A DNA stretch of 64,000 nucleotides from Omnitrophica WOR_2 bacterium GWF2_43_52. GTDB lineage: Bacteria; Omnitrophota; Gorgyraeia; Gygaellales; UBA12090. The notes under the pieces are model-generated. The model ran no database searches. It saw nothing but the letters and a program-made list of their open reading frames with translations, and was not told where the DNA came from. The DNA is taken from NCBI GenBank assembly GCA_001805445.1, contig MHGF01000034.1, forward strand, positions 102,451-166,450. The letters run 5' to 3'. This document shows positions 27,516 through 37,337 of this stretch, one piece after another. Position 1 is the first letter of the stretch. The number at the start of each line of letters is the position of its first letter. The translations under genes were made by a program, and so were the position numbers.

Positions 27516-29549
27516 GTGAAGGTTACCTATAATTGGTTAAAAGATTTTGTGGATATCACGCTTAAACCTGAGGCGTTAGCGGATAAGCTGACAATGGCGG
27601 GTTTAGAAGTTAAGGCTATAGATGCCTTTGACGATGACTTTGTCTTTGAAATTGAAATTACCTCAAACCGCCCGGATTGGCTTTCGGTTATTGGTATTGC
27701 CAGGGAAATAGCGGCGATAACGGGGAAGAAACTGAAGATTGCAAAAACACGAAGGACGATGGACGAAGGACGAAGGACGAAGGACGATGGACGATGGACG
27801 GTTACTATTGAAGACAAAGCCGCCTGCCCATTCTATTCGGCGCGGATAATTCGTGATGTTAAGGTTGAGCCTTCGCCTACGTGGATGGTAAAGCGGCTTC
27901 AGGCAATAGGGTTGCGGCCGGTAAATAACATTGTTGATATCACTAATTATGTCTTGTTTACTACGGGACAGCCGCTTCATGCCTTTGATGTGGATAAAAT
28001 AAATAGTCACCACGTCACCGCGTCACCACGTCACCAGAGAAAGATTATTGTAAGGAGAGCGAGGAACACAGAAGAGATAATTACGATAGATGGCGTAATA
28101 AGAAGGCTTACGCCGGAGATTCTGGTAATCGCGGATGAGAAAAACCCCATTGCCATCGCGGGAATTATGGGGGGGGAAGAGACCGAGGTACATGGGTCTA
28201 CGCGAAATATTCTTTTAGAAAGCGCGTATTTTTCGCCGCTGGTAACGCGCGGCGCGAGCCGTTTGCTTGGGATTTCCAGCGATTCTTCCTATCGTTTTGA
28301 GCGCTCAGTTGATAAAGCCAGTGTTGTTGAAAATTCAGATTACGCGGCAAAGCTTATTATTACGCATGCCGGAGGTGAATTGGGTGAGCTCTATAAGGCG
28401 GGATCTCCGAAAACACAAAAGAAAATAATTACTTTTAATGTTTCAAGTGTCAAAAGATTATTAGGCCAAGAGATAGCTCTTTCAAAAGTTAAATCTATTT
28501 TTAAGGCATTAGAGTTTAAGGTAGCGGCATCGGGAAAAAACGTTCTGAAAATAGAGGTTCCCGCGTTTCGCCAGGACGTAACAAGCGAAATCGATGTGAT
28601 TGAAGAAGTCTGCCGTATCGCAGGATATGACACTATTCCCTTAAGCATTCCGGCAATAAAGCTATCCGCGCTACAAGAGGATTTGCTTTTAACTATCCAA
28701 GAAAAAATAAGGGAGACGCTCATGGGCGTAGGCGCGCACGAGGTGATTACCTATAGCCTGGTAAGCGAAGAGAGTTTACGGAAAGCAAGGGTTTCATTAG
28801 CCAGCGTGATCCGATTACAAAACCCTTTAAGTATGGAACAGGAAGTTTTGCGGCCTACTCTGTTATGGGGACTGTTGACGAGCCTGCGCTGTAATGTGGA
28901 ATCTGGCAGCAGAAAATGCTCATTTTTTGAGATAGGAGATTGTTTTAATCAAGGGGTTGAATTTCGCGCGTTGGGATTGATTGCCGATGGCCGGGAGCTT
29001 TTAGAGGTAAAAGGTATTGTGGAGTTATTGCTTGAGAAGCTTGGGCTCTGTGGCGTTGAATTTTTTAATAGTATGAATGCAAGCTATAAGGAAGGGCAAA
29101 CCGCGGGTATTCGTATTGGGGATAAGGAAATCGGGACTATCGGCAGGGTAAAAGAAGAAATCCTAGCTGATTGTAAAATAGATTTAGCCAATATTATTGC
29201 CGCGGAGCTTAATCTGGAGAATCTAAAGCCGTTTGTAAATTTTCAGAAGATATACGGGGGGCTGCCTATCTATCCTTCGGTTACGCGCGATATAAGCCTG
29301 GTGATCAATGAAGGGATAGTGTATCAAAAAATTGTGGGTGCTATTGACGCTTTGTCTCTGGAAAATCTTGAACACATACGCTACAAAGGCCTTTACCGCT
29401 CTGAAGAAATCGGAAAGGGGAAAAAGTCGCTTACGCTATCCTTGGAATTCCGTTCTCCGGAAAGAACGCTCACCGATGCCGAAGTTAACGCCTATTTAGA
29501 AGAAATAATCCGGAAACTTTCCCTAGAATTACAGGCGGTAATCCGGTAA
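27516..29549 (+). CDS. pheT: Phenylalanine-tRNA ligase beta, short form without B2, with two repeat insertions
   Basis: EITSNRPD, NNIVDITNYV, GQPLHAFD, SSYRFER, RTLTD. Confidence 0.95.
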   Translation: MKVTYNWLKDFVDITLKPEALADKLTMAGLEVKAIDAFDDDFVFEIEITSNRPDWLSVIGIAREIAAITGKKLKIAKTRRTMDEGRRTKDDGRWTVTIEDKAACPFYSARIIRDVKVEPSPTWMVKRLQAIGLRPVNNIVDITNYVLFTTGQPLHAFDVDKINSHHVTASPRHQRKIIVRRARNTEEIITIDGVIRRLTPEILVIADEKNPIAIAGIMGGEETEVHGSTRNILLESAYFSPLVTRGASRLLGISSDSSYRFERSVDKASVVENSDYAAKLIITHAGGELGELYKAGSPKTQKKIITFNVSSVKRLLGQEIALSKVKSIFKALEFKVAASGKNVLKIEVPAFRQDVTSEIDVIEEVCRIAGYDTIPLSIPAIKLSALQEDLLLTIQEKIRETLMGVGAHEVITYSLVSEESLRKARVSLASVIRLQNPLSMEQEVLRPTLLWGLLTSLRCNVESGSRKCSFFEIGDCFNQGVEFRALGLIADGRELLEVKGIVELLLEKLGLCGVEFFNSMNASYKEGQTAGIRIGDKEIGTIGRVKEEILADCKIDLANIIAAELNLENLKPFVNFQKIYGGLPIYPSVTRDISLVINEGIVYQKIVGAIDALSLENLEHIRYKGLYRSEEIGKGKKSLTLSLEFRSPERTLTDAEVNAYLEEIIRKLSLELQAVIR

Positions 29550-29801
29550 AAGGATAGTTTCTTAAGTTTGTCGTAACTTTTGAGTTAAAATATAGTTTTA
29601 AATAATCCTGTATTTTTAGATAATCGGATTCAGGCGGATGGTTACGGATGCCGCGGAAAAAAAGAATCTGTCCGCATTCGCTATAATCCGTTTGTATTCG
29701 TGCTATTGAATCAACGCGCAAAAATCTATCCGAACTCATTGGTAAACAAAGTATTACAAAAAATGCTTGCAACAAAGTCGGGAGAGATTCGGTAAAAGCG
29801 C

Positions 29802-29830
29802 TTGATTTTTTTTGATTTCGGTGCTATACT
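29802..29830 (+). promoter_or_regulatory. sigma70 promoter of 6S RNA
   Basis: TTGATT-N17-TATACT. Confidence 0.7.
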
Positions 29831-29854
29831 TAAATAGTAATAAAGAAATGTCTT

Positions 29855-30012
29855 TTTCCCTGCCGTGTGCGTCAGGACTAGGAAATGGTTGAACCAACAC
29901 TTTTTACACGGGAGCTCAAACTCTCTTGGTAAGCCATCGCGCTTCCTCGAGGAGGCACCCACTTGTGAACAAGGTTCACGCAATCGGTCCGACGGCAATG
30001 CGCGGGGATTTT
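29855..30012 (+). ncRNA. ssrS: 6S RNA
   Basis: tccctgccgtgtgcgtc...ttgaacc...gggagc...gcacccact...ggttca...gacggca...gcgggga; long rod with central bubble; lies after pheT. Confidence 0.85.
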
Positions 30013-30042
30013 TTTTGAGCCGCGAATTTACGCGAATAAAAG

Positions 30043-31398
30043 ATGAGTAAAGATTTAAGCGCGCGAATTTACGCGAATAATAATAACGCAGATTTATTTC
30101 CGAAAGAACAAAACCTTAATCCCACCAAAGACTTGCCTTTAGCGGTGCGCATGCGCCCTAAGAGCCTTGAAGAATATATCGGGCAAAACCATATCCTCGG
30201 TAAAAACAAACTCCTGCGCCGCGCCATAGAATCAGACCGTATCAGCTCGCTTATTCTGTATGGGCCTCCCGGAATTGGGAAAACCTCTCTTGCCTATTGT
30301 ATCGCCTCCGTAACAAAATCAGAATTTATTGCTATTAATGCCACGCTTTCTAACGTGGATGAATTGCGTAAGGTTATTTTCCAGGCGCGCCGGCGCAAGG
30401 CCGCAATGGGAAAAAAGACCATCCTTTTTATCGATGAAATCCACCGTTTTAATAAGGCACAGCAGGATGTGCTTTTGCCGGATGTTGAAGAAAGTAATGT
30501 GGTGTTAATCGGGGCAACGGTGCATAATCCTTTTTTTTCATTAGTAGCGCCCCTTCTTTCCAGAAGCCTCGTCTGCGAGCTAAAGCCGTTAACGGAAGAA
30601 GAAATAAGAGCGATACTCAATAACGCCCTCAAAGACACAGAGAGGGGCCTGGGCTCTCTGAAAATAAATATGCAAAAAGGGGTGTTAGAGTTTTTAAGCA
30701 AGTCCTGTGACGGCGATGCCCGCCGCGCGCTTACCGCGCTTGAAATAGGGGTGCTTACTTCGGCAAAGGATAAAGAAGGTGTTGTCAATTTTGATCTGTC
30801 GGCCGCGCAAGAATCCATCCAGAAGAAAATTGTCGTCTATGACCACGATGAGGACGCTCACTACGATACGGCATCCGCCTTTATTAAAAGTATGCGCGGC
30901 TCTGACCCTGACGCGACACTCTATTGGCTTGCCAAGATGCTTTACGCGGGCGAGGACCCGCGGTTTATTGCCCGCAGGATTTGTATCTGTGCCAGTGAAG
31001 ATGTGGGCAATGCCGATCCCCAGGCATTAGTTTTAGCCAGTGCCGCGTTACAGGTTTCAGAATTTGTCGGCTTACCCGAATGCCGCATTCCTTTAGCCCA
31101 GGCGGCCGTGTATGTTGCCTGCGCGCCGAAATCTAACGCGGCATACCTGGGAATTGAAAAGGCAAGCAAGGACGTCTCCGAAAACCGCCTTCAGGAAGTG
31201 CCCGCGCATTTAAAAGATACCCACTATAGCGGCGCGGATAAATTAGGCCATGGCAAGGGTTACAAATACACCCATGAATATCCTGAACATTATGTCAAGC
31301 AGGAGTATATGCCATCCAAAACTAAATACTACGAACCAACCGATATCGGCTATGAAGCGAAGATAAAGGAGAGATTGGAGAAGTTAAGAAGAAAGTAA
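30043..31398 (+). CDS. rarA: Replication-associated recombination protein A
   Basis: PLAVRMRP, GPPGIGKT, DEIHRFNKAQQD, SMRGSDPDA, EDVGNADP. Confidence 0.95.
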   Translation: MSKDLSARIYANNNNADLFPKEQNLNPTKDLPLAVRMRPKSLEEYIGQNHILGKNKLLRRAIESDRISSLILYGPPGIGKTSLAYCIASVTKSEFIAINATLSNVDELRKVIFQARRRKAAMGKKTILFIDEIHRFNKAQQDVLLPDVEESNVVLIGATVHNPFFSLVAPLLSRSLVCELKPLTEEEIRAILNNALKDTERGLGSLKINMQKGVLEFLSKSCDGDARRALTALEIGVLTSAKDKEGVVNFDLSAAQESIQKKIVVYDHDEDAHYDTASAFIKSMRGSDPDATLYWLAKMLYAGEDPRFIARRICICASEDVGNADPQALVLASAALQVSEFVGLPECRIPLAQAAVYVACAPKSNAAYLGIEKASKDVSENRLQEVPAHLKDTHYSGADKLGHGKGYKYTHEYPEHYVKQEYMPSKTKYYEPTDIGYEAKIKERLEKLRRK

Positions 31399-31400
31399 TC

Positions 31401-31437
31401 CACACCTACGCGGTGTGTTTCACACCGCGTAGGTGTG
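31401..31437. repeat. GTAG REP-like perfect hairpin / terminator
   Basis: cacacctacgcggtgtg-ttt-cacaccgcgtaggtgtg. Confidence 0.7.
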
Positions 31438-31586
31438 GCTGCTACCGTTGCGAAAAATAACGTGTTCCTTTGTTGATTTTTTGGTATACTGCTACGTCAG
31501 CCGGTTGTTTAGCTCACTAGCTCTTTAGCTGATTAGCTAACGAGCTCAACAGCTAATGTTAAAATATAATAGAGCATTCCCGTTAT

Positions 31587-32435
31587 ATGGATAAAATTAT
31601 TACAGAAAAAATTGATTTGCTGAAGGCCTATTTTTCAAAACGGCAGGAAGTGGCTATGGCATTTGTTTTTGGCTCTTATGCTGCCGGCCAGGCAACTTCT
31701 GAGTCAGATGTTGATATAGCGGTGTATTTCAGGCCTCAAGGCAGGTCTTTAGAATGGGAAGAAACAAACACCTACGAAAGCGAAGATGAAATCTGGTCTG
31801 ATGTGGAAAGGATTGCGGGGATAAAGACGGATTTGGTTGTTTTAAATCGTGCCCCCGCGGTGCTCGCCGCATCTATTTTAGAGAATGGCCTGGCGCTCAT
31901 TATAAAAGATGCAGCTTTGTATTTAAGGCTTTTACTCTCTCTAAGTTCGGCGGCTGAATATTTCCGGGATTTTGTGGAGGATTTCTGGAGGATAAAACAG
32001 CGTTCCCAATCTTTAAGCGGTATTGATAAAGAGCGGTTGATTAGAATCGCGGACTTCCTGGAAACAGAATTGGGGGAGTATTCTAAGTTTGGCGGTTTAC
32101 TGCGAGAGGATTATGAAAATAATTCTGATTTAAGAAGAAATGTTGAGCGATGGGTGGAAAATATTGTGAACGCCTCAATAGATAGCGCTAAAATACTGCT
32201 TGCCTCAGAAAAAAAACGTATCCCTCAAACCTACCGGGAAATCTTAGAAGAGTTATTTTTGCTTCCTGACTTTGACAGCCCGGCCGCAAAAAAACTGGGG
32301 CAGTTTGCAAAATTACGAAATATTTTAGCACACGAGTATGTAGATATCCGCTTTACTCAAATCAAGGTTTTTATCCAGGATTCAGAGCCCGCGTATAAAG
32401 CATTGCTTGATTTTGTCAAGAAACGCGTAGGCTAA
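31587..32435 (+). CDS. Fused MNT nucleotidyltransferase + HepT/DUF86 RNase
   Basis: N-terminal FGS......SDVDIAVY; C-terminal RNILAHEY. Confidence 0.85.
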   Translation: MDKIITEKIDLLKAYFSKRQEVAMAFVFGSYAAGQATSESDVDIAVYFRPQGRSLEWEETNTYESEDEIWSDVERIAGIKTDLVVLNRAPAVLAASILENGLALIIKDAALYLRLLLSLSSAAEYFRDFVEDFWRIKQRSQSLSGIDKERLIRIADFLETELGEYSKFGGLLREDYENNSDLRRNVERWVENIVNASIDSAKILLASEKKRIPQTYREILEELFLLPDFDSPAAKKLGQFAKLRNILAHEYVDIRFTQIKVFIQDSEPAYKALLDFVKKRVG

Positions 32436-32461
32436 GGAGCGTTAAACAAAAGGAGGATTTT

Positions 32462-33139
32462 ATGCCATTTGTAAAAATATGCCTTTTCATTATTCTTCAT
32501 CTTGCATTTTTCTTCTCTCTTTCTTTCGCCCAGACCACGGAAACCATACAAATTGATACCTATTATCCGGCGCCGTATGGGGTATATGCCGAATTGACTA
32601 CTACTTCCAATACGTATTTAGCTACTGAAGGTGGAAATGTGGGGATAGGGACGACCGCTCCCAATCCCTTTTCAAAATTACATATAGAGTCAAATAGCGA
32701 TTACCCATTATATATACATGGGAATATAAATGCGGGAATAGGCCCTTATATATACAATGAAGGAGGAACCGCAGAAATAAATATGGTTTCAAATGATAAT
32801 GATTGGAGGATTAGAGCAGCTGGTTCAGGAACTCCAAATCCCGGTGAACTTCTTTTTCAAGATGTAAGTTCAAGCACAAATGCGATGGTGATAGTTGATG
32901 GCACTAATCGTGTCGGTATTGGGATAGACGATCCCCAGGCGAAATTGCATGTAAACGGTGTAATTTATGCTGAGGGCATTGGTAATGCAGGCACAAGGGT
33001 GTGGCGAGACGTAAATACTCTTGATTCTCCAAAATGGGGGGATAGATGGTTGTGGTGTAATGATGACGAGATCATGACAGGTTTTTATTATAATCCTGAT
33101 GACTGGAACATTCGAATTCAATGCAAGAGATTACGCTAA
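32462..33139 (+). CDS. Secreted beta-repeat protein (TYYPAPYG / GNVGIGT type)
   Basis: Signal peptide, TYYPAPYGVY motif, two VGIG repeats. Confidence 0.65.
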   Translation: MPFVKICLFIILHLAFFFSLSFAQTTETIQIDTYYPAPYGVYAELTTTSNTYLATEGGNVGIGTTAPNPFSKLHIESNSDYPLYIHGNINAGIGPYIYNEGGTAEINMVSNDNDWRIRAAGSGTPNPGELLFQDVSSSTNAMVIVDGTNRVGIGIDDPQAKLHVNGVIYAEGIGNAGTRVWRDVNTLDSPKWGDRWLWCNDDEIMTGFYYNPDDWNIRIQCKRLR

Positions 33140-33314
33140 AACATAAATATGGTTAACTTTACTTTCTCTCTGAGTTTTGCAAGAAATAGTTATCCTCTAA
33201 GGAGAGGCTTTATAATGAGTTAGTTAATGGGGGCATTTATGGTTGTTCGCTCGCAATGACGATTTTAGAATTTCCTTCGTTCACTAACCTGTTACTAATC
33301 CTTCCATATTTTTC

Positions 33315-33343
33315 TTGAGTTTAGCCTTAAAGCGTGCTAAAAT
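33315..33343 (+). promoter_or_regulatory. sigma70 promoter
   Basis: TTGAGT-N17-TAAAAT with extended TG. Confidence 0.55.
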
Positions 33344-33472
33344 TTTAGTGAGAACATTCTGGCGTTTTGCCTAGGTTTGGCTGAATTTACCTGTTGTATG
33401 CTAATAATGTCCCTCGCGTGCGCTCGGGATCAATTTACCGAGTGTAAAAAAGAGGGTAAATTGAGAGGCACT

Positions 33473-34126
33473 ATGATTGTTACCAAGCGAAAACCTTTAG
33501 AGGAAATTACTGGTTTCCTTAAAGGACAAGATAAAGTATTTATAGTCGGCTGTGGGGAGTGTTCAACGACCTGCCATACCGGTGGTGAAAAGGAAGTTGT
33601 GGAGATGAAGCAGTATTTGGAAAGCCAGGGTAAAAAGGTTACCGGCTGGGTAATTCCCAATGCTCCCTGTATTGCCGCCCAGACCAAAACCGCCTTTGCC
33701 CAAAATATGCCGGCGTTAAAAGATACTCAGGCGATTCTGGTTATGTCCTGTGGTTTAGGGGTGCAGTCGGTAAAAGCATGTGACCGTATGGGATTAGAGG
33801 TTTTACCTGCCTGCGATTCTCTGTTTGGAACACTGATGGATGCCAAGGGTAATTTTCACGAAGTCTGCTCTAATTGCGGCGAGTGCGTTCTGGATAAGAC
33901 CGGTTGTATCTGTCCGATTACCCGCTGTCCCAAGGGGTTGCTTAACGGCCCCTGCGGCGGTGTTATTAAAGGCAAGTGCGAAGTGGATAGAGAAAGAGAT
34001 TGTGCCTGGGTTTTGATTTATAAGGAATTGGAAAAAAAAGGGCAATTAGATAAAATCAAGGAACTCTCTAAGCCTAAGGACTACAGCAAAACGACGAAGC
34101 CCCATAAGATGTTAGTTAATGGGTGA
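33473..34126 (+). CDS. MTHFR small Fe-S/Zn subunit (MetV-like)
   Basis: GCGECSTTC, SCGLGVQ, CSNCGEC, CPITRCPKGLLNGPCGG; start MIVTK. Confidence 0.85.
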   Translation: MIVTKRKPLEEITGFLKGQDKVFIVGCGECSTTCHTGGEKEVVEMKQYLESQGKKVTGWVIPNAPCIAAQTKTAFAQNMPALKDTQAILVMSCGLGVQSVKACDRMGLEVLPACDSLFGTLMDAKGNFHEVCSNCGECVLDKTGCICPITRCPKGLLNGPCGGVIKGKCEVDRERDCAWVLIYKELEKKGQLDKIKELSKPKDYSKTTKPHKMLVNG

Positions 34127-34182
34127 GCGGGTTAACGGGTTTGCGGGTTGCGATTGTATTTTCAGGAGCGAAACGAGGTATA

Positions 34183-34566
34183 ATGGAACAAGCATATAGT
34201 GAAAAAGTAATGGATCATTTCCTGCATCCGCGTAATATCGGCGAAATTCCCGATGCCAGCGGTATCGGGAATGTGGGTAATCCCGTCTGCGGGGATATCA
34301 TGAGGTTATACATTAAAGTGGAAAGCGGCGTCATTATTGATGTCAAGTTTAAGACCTTTGGCTGTGGCGCGGCCATCTCCACCAGTTCTATGGTAACCGA
34401 AATGGTTAAAGGCAAGACTATCAATGAGGCTTTGGCGATTACCAATAAAGCCGTTGCCGAAGCACTCGGCGGCCTGCCGGCTATAAAGATGCATTGTTCG
34501 GTCTTGGCAGAGGAAGCGCTTAAGTCGGCAATTGAAGATTATAAGAAAAAGCAAGAGTTGAAGTAA
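34183..34566 (+). CDS. nifU: Fe-S scaffold NifU/IscU
   Basis: YSEKVMDHF..PRN, GNPVCGD, FKTFGCG, KMHCS. Confidence 0.92.
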   Translation: MEQAYSEKVMDHFLHPRNIGEIPDASGIGNVGNPVCGDIMRLYIKVESGVIIDVKFKTFGCGAAISTSSMVTEMVKGKTINEALAITNKAVAEALGGLPAIKMHCSVLAEEALKSAIEDYKKKQELK

Positions 34567-35129
34567 TGTATGGAGCATCAGATAAGCAGGAACTACGGAA
34601 ATTGATGGCAACTAAATTGAAAAATCAGAAGGAGGAGTCGGTCAGAAGAAGTTCTCTGAAAATAAAGGAGAAACTTTTTAAACTTAAAGTATTTAAGCAG
34701 GCAAAAACAATCATGTTTTATTGCGCGCTTAGTTCTGAGGTTCAGACCCGGCTGATGATGGAAGAGGCATTTACCTTAGGGAAAAAAATCGCGGTTCCAA
34801 TAGCTGATATAAAGGCAAAGAAAATAACCCCTTGTTTGGTGACAGGGGTAGCGACAAATAATTTCAGGAAGGGAGCATACTCTATTGATGAACCTTGTTG
34901 TAAAAAGCCCATAGATCCTAAGGCGATTGATTTGTGTATCGTCCCCGGATTGGCCTTTGATACAAAGGGAAACCGTTTAGGCCGCGGCATGGGTTATTAT
35001 GACAGGTTTTTAAGTCTGCTTCCTGAGAGCATTCCTAAAATCGGCTTAGCCTTTAGATTTCAGGTCCTTAAGCATCTTCCTCATTGCCTGCCTCACGATA
35101 TACGCGTTAATAAAGTCCTTTTTGCCTAA
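34566..35129 (+). CDS. 5-formyltetrahydrofolate cyclo-ligase
   Basis: VPGLAFD..GNRLGRGMGYYDRFL, PHD. Confidence 0.92.
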   Translation: MYGASDKQELRKLMATKLKNQKEESVRRSSLKIKEKLFKLKVFKQAKTIMFYCALSSEVQTRLMMEEAFTLGKKIAVPIADIKAKKITPCLVTGVATNNFRKGAYSIDEPCCKKPIDPKAIDLCIVPGLAFDTKGNRLGRGMGYYDRFLSLLPESIPKIGLAFRFQVLKHLPHCLPHDIRVNKVLFA

Positions 35130-35281
35130 AACTACAGAAATAAGTGGCTCTGTGCGCTGGTGTAGCATCACGCAAGCGCGCTGTGATTTTTCAAATTAAT
35201 TACACAGCGTCTTTTGACGGATACTTGATTTTGAGGTTAGTGCACTGTAACGTTAGTTGTTACGAGTTAGATACAGCGCAC

Positions 35282-35546
35282 TAGTGCGCTGTGACATTAG
35301 ATTTTGACATTGCGCTATCATGTTTGAATATAGGGCGGAGGTCCTGTCAAGGTTATGTTTTCGCGGGGACGTTCTGCCTGCTCCTGCGGCAGGCCTCACT
35401 CGGCGTAAATTTTCGCGCCCGCCACTAAAAGCGAGGGCGGGTCCAAGCCGCGAAAATTTCCGTACGCCCCGCTCAAACACAACCTTGCCACCCCCGCTGG
35501 CAAGTGAAGTGTTGCGGATAGCAAGAATTTATGTCACGGAGCACTA
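35282..35546. mobile_element. Family A shell carrying a family C element with further inner hairpins
   Basis: TIR tagtgcgctgtgacat / atgtcacggagcacta; inner cctgtcaagg...caaccttgcc; short related shell at 35238-35283. Confidence 0.65.
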
Positions 35547-35667
35547 TAGTATTTACTAGAGGTAAATTAAATAAACGTTAGGACAATAATCCGCAAAATA
35601 CACGCTAAGAGGCAATAGTTACGATTTTAGCATGGCTTTGTGGTTTGATAGCGGAGGAAACTAACCA

Positions 35668-37221
35668 ATGATAATAATGATTATAGCTCCTATTGTTGTA
35701 TTGGCGTCAGCTTTTTTTGGGTATTTTTTAAGGAAGCAGTTGGCAGAGAAAAAGCTTCAGGATGCCGAAGAAAAGGCCCATCAGCTCATTGAGCAGGCAA
35801 AAAGGGAAGCTGACGCCCTGCGCAAGGAACAAGAGCTTGAAGGTAAAGATCTGCTTTTTCGGCTGCGCCAGGAATTTGAGGCTTCGACCCAGGGGCGCCG
35901 TGAAGAATTAACGAACTTGGAAAAACGCCTCAGCGTTAAGGAAGACAATATTGACCGGCGCATGGCGCTGCTTGAGAAAAAGGAAAAGGAATTAGAATCC
36001 CGCCATGAGGCTTTTAGGGCGCAGGAGGAAGCGCTTAAGGCCAAAGATAAACAGCTTGCCGCGTTAATCAATGAAGAAAAAGATCGCCTGCAAAAGATTG
36101 CCAGCCTTACCATGGAAGAGGCAAAGCAGGTGCTTCTTGCCCGTTTATCGGAGGAGTTAAACAACGAAAAGGCGGTTTTAATCAGGAATAGTGAGGAAGA
36201 AATAAAAAGCAGCGCGGAGAAGAAAGCCCGGGAAATCATAAGCCTTGCCATACAACGCTGCGCGGTTGAGCATACGGTTGAGTCTACCGTAAGCGTGGTG
36301 AGCCTTCCCAACGATGAGATGAAAGGCAGGATTATAGGCCGGGAGGGAAGAAATATCAGGGCATTAGAAATGGCTACCGGTATTGATGTGATTATTGACG
36401 ATACTCCTGAGGCAGTGACTATTTCAGGATTTGATCCGGTACGGCGCGAGGTGGCTAAGCTTACTTTGGAAAAACTTATGTTTGACGGCAGGATCCATCC
36501 GGGAAGAATTGAGGAAGTTGCCGAGAAGACCAGGCGCGAGATGGATGATAAGATTAAGGAAGAAGGGGAGCGCGCGGCCTTTGAGATAGGCATACACGGG
36601 CTCCATATAGAGTTAATTAGATTGCTCGGCCGCCTGCGCTATCGTACCAGCTACGGGCAAAATGCCCTTCAGCATTCCAAAGAGGTTGCCTATCTTATGG
36701 GAGTTATGGCTTCGGAATTGAACATGGATTTTCGTATAAGCCGCAGGATTGGCCTCCTTCATGATATTGGTAAGGCCATTGACCATCAGGTTGAAGGGAC
36801 GCACGCGCGCATCGGCGCTGAGCTTGCCAAGAAATACGGCGAAAGTAACGAAGTCATCTCTGCTATCGAATGCCATCATGAAGAGCAAGAAACGAAAAGC
36901 ATCCTTGGGGTCATGGCAATTGCCGCCGATGCCATTAGCGCTGCCCGCCCCGGAGCGCGCCGGGAATCGTTAGAAACCTATGTTAAGCGCTTGAATAAAT
37001 TAGAGTCTATCGCTAATCTCTTTAAAGGTGTCGAGAAATCGTATGCCATACAGGCAGGCCGCGAAATCAGGGTTATCGTGCAGCCGGATAAAATTACGGA
37101 TAATGACGCCGTGACTATGGCCAGGGATCTGCGTAAGAAAATAGAAGAAGGCATGGAGTATCCCGGCCAGATAAAGATTACGGTTATCCGTGAGATGCGG
37201 GCGATAGAGTACGCAAAATAA
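35668..37221 (+). CDS. rny: Ribonuclease Y
   Basis: TM, coiled coil, KGRIIGREGRNIR (KH), LLHDIGK (HD). Confidence 0.97.
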   Translation: MIIMIIAPIVVLASAFFGYFLRKQLAEKKLQDAEEKAHQLIEQAKREADALRKEQELEGKDLLFRLRQEFEASTQGRREELTNLEKRLSVKEDNIDRRMALLEKKEKELESRHEAFRAQEEALKAKDKQLAALINEEKDRLQKIASLTMEEAKQVLLARLSEELNNEKAVLIRNSEEEIKSSAEKKAREIISLAIQRCAVEHTVESTVSVVSLPNDEMKGRIIGREGRNIRALEMATGIDVIIDDTPEAVTISGFDPVRREVAKLTLEKLMFDGRIHPGRIEEVAEKTRREMDDKIKEEGERAAFEIGIHGLHIELIRLLGRLRYRTSYGQNALQHSKEVAYLMGVMASELNMDFRISRRIGLLHDIGKAIDHQVEGTHARIGAELAKKYGESNEVISAIECHHEEQETKSILGVMAIAADAISAARPGARRESLETYVKRLNKLESIANLFKGVEKSYAIQAGREIRVIVQPDKITDNDAVTMARDLRKKIEEGMEYPGQIKITVIREMRAIEYAK

Positions 37222-37226
37222 ATTAG

Positions 37227-37328
37227 TGTAATGTGTAAAGGAACCAATGACGTAGGGGCGGGGTTTCCCCGCCTTAATGATGACAAAGGGCGCGGAGACC
37301 GCGCCCCTACATTCGTTACATATTACAC
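37227..37328. repeat. GTAG REP doublet in an inverted-repeat shell
   Basis: gtgtaatgtgtaa..[gtaggggcg...cgcccctac]..ttacatattacac. Confidence 0.7.
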
Positions 37329-37337
37329 AGAATAAAG

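Noticed and set aside
29485-29998. Minus-strand ORFs and the 61-aa plus ORF between pheT and rarA
   Set aside because: No recognisable motifs; they overlap the 6S RNA and its promoter
33345-33470. Folate/SAM/ZTP riboswitch ahead of the MetV-like gene
   Set aside because: A hairpin is possible, but I could not match the consensus of any known class
35781-36593. 270-aa antisense ORF, and similar shadows at 30294, 61292 and 63054
   Set aside because: Antisense shadows of well-supported genes with no independent signals
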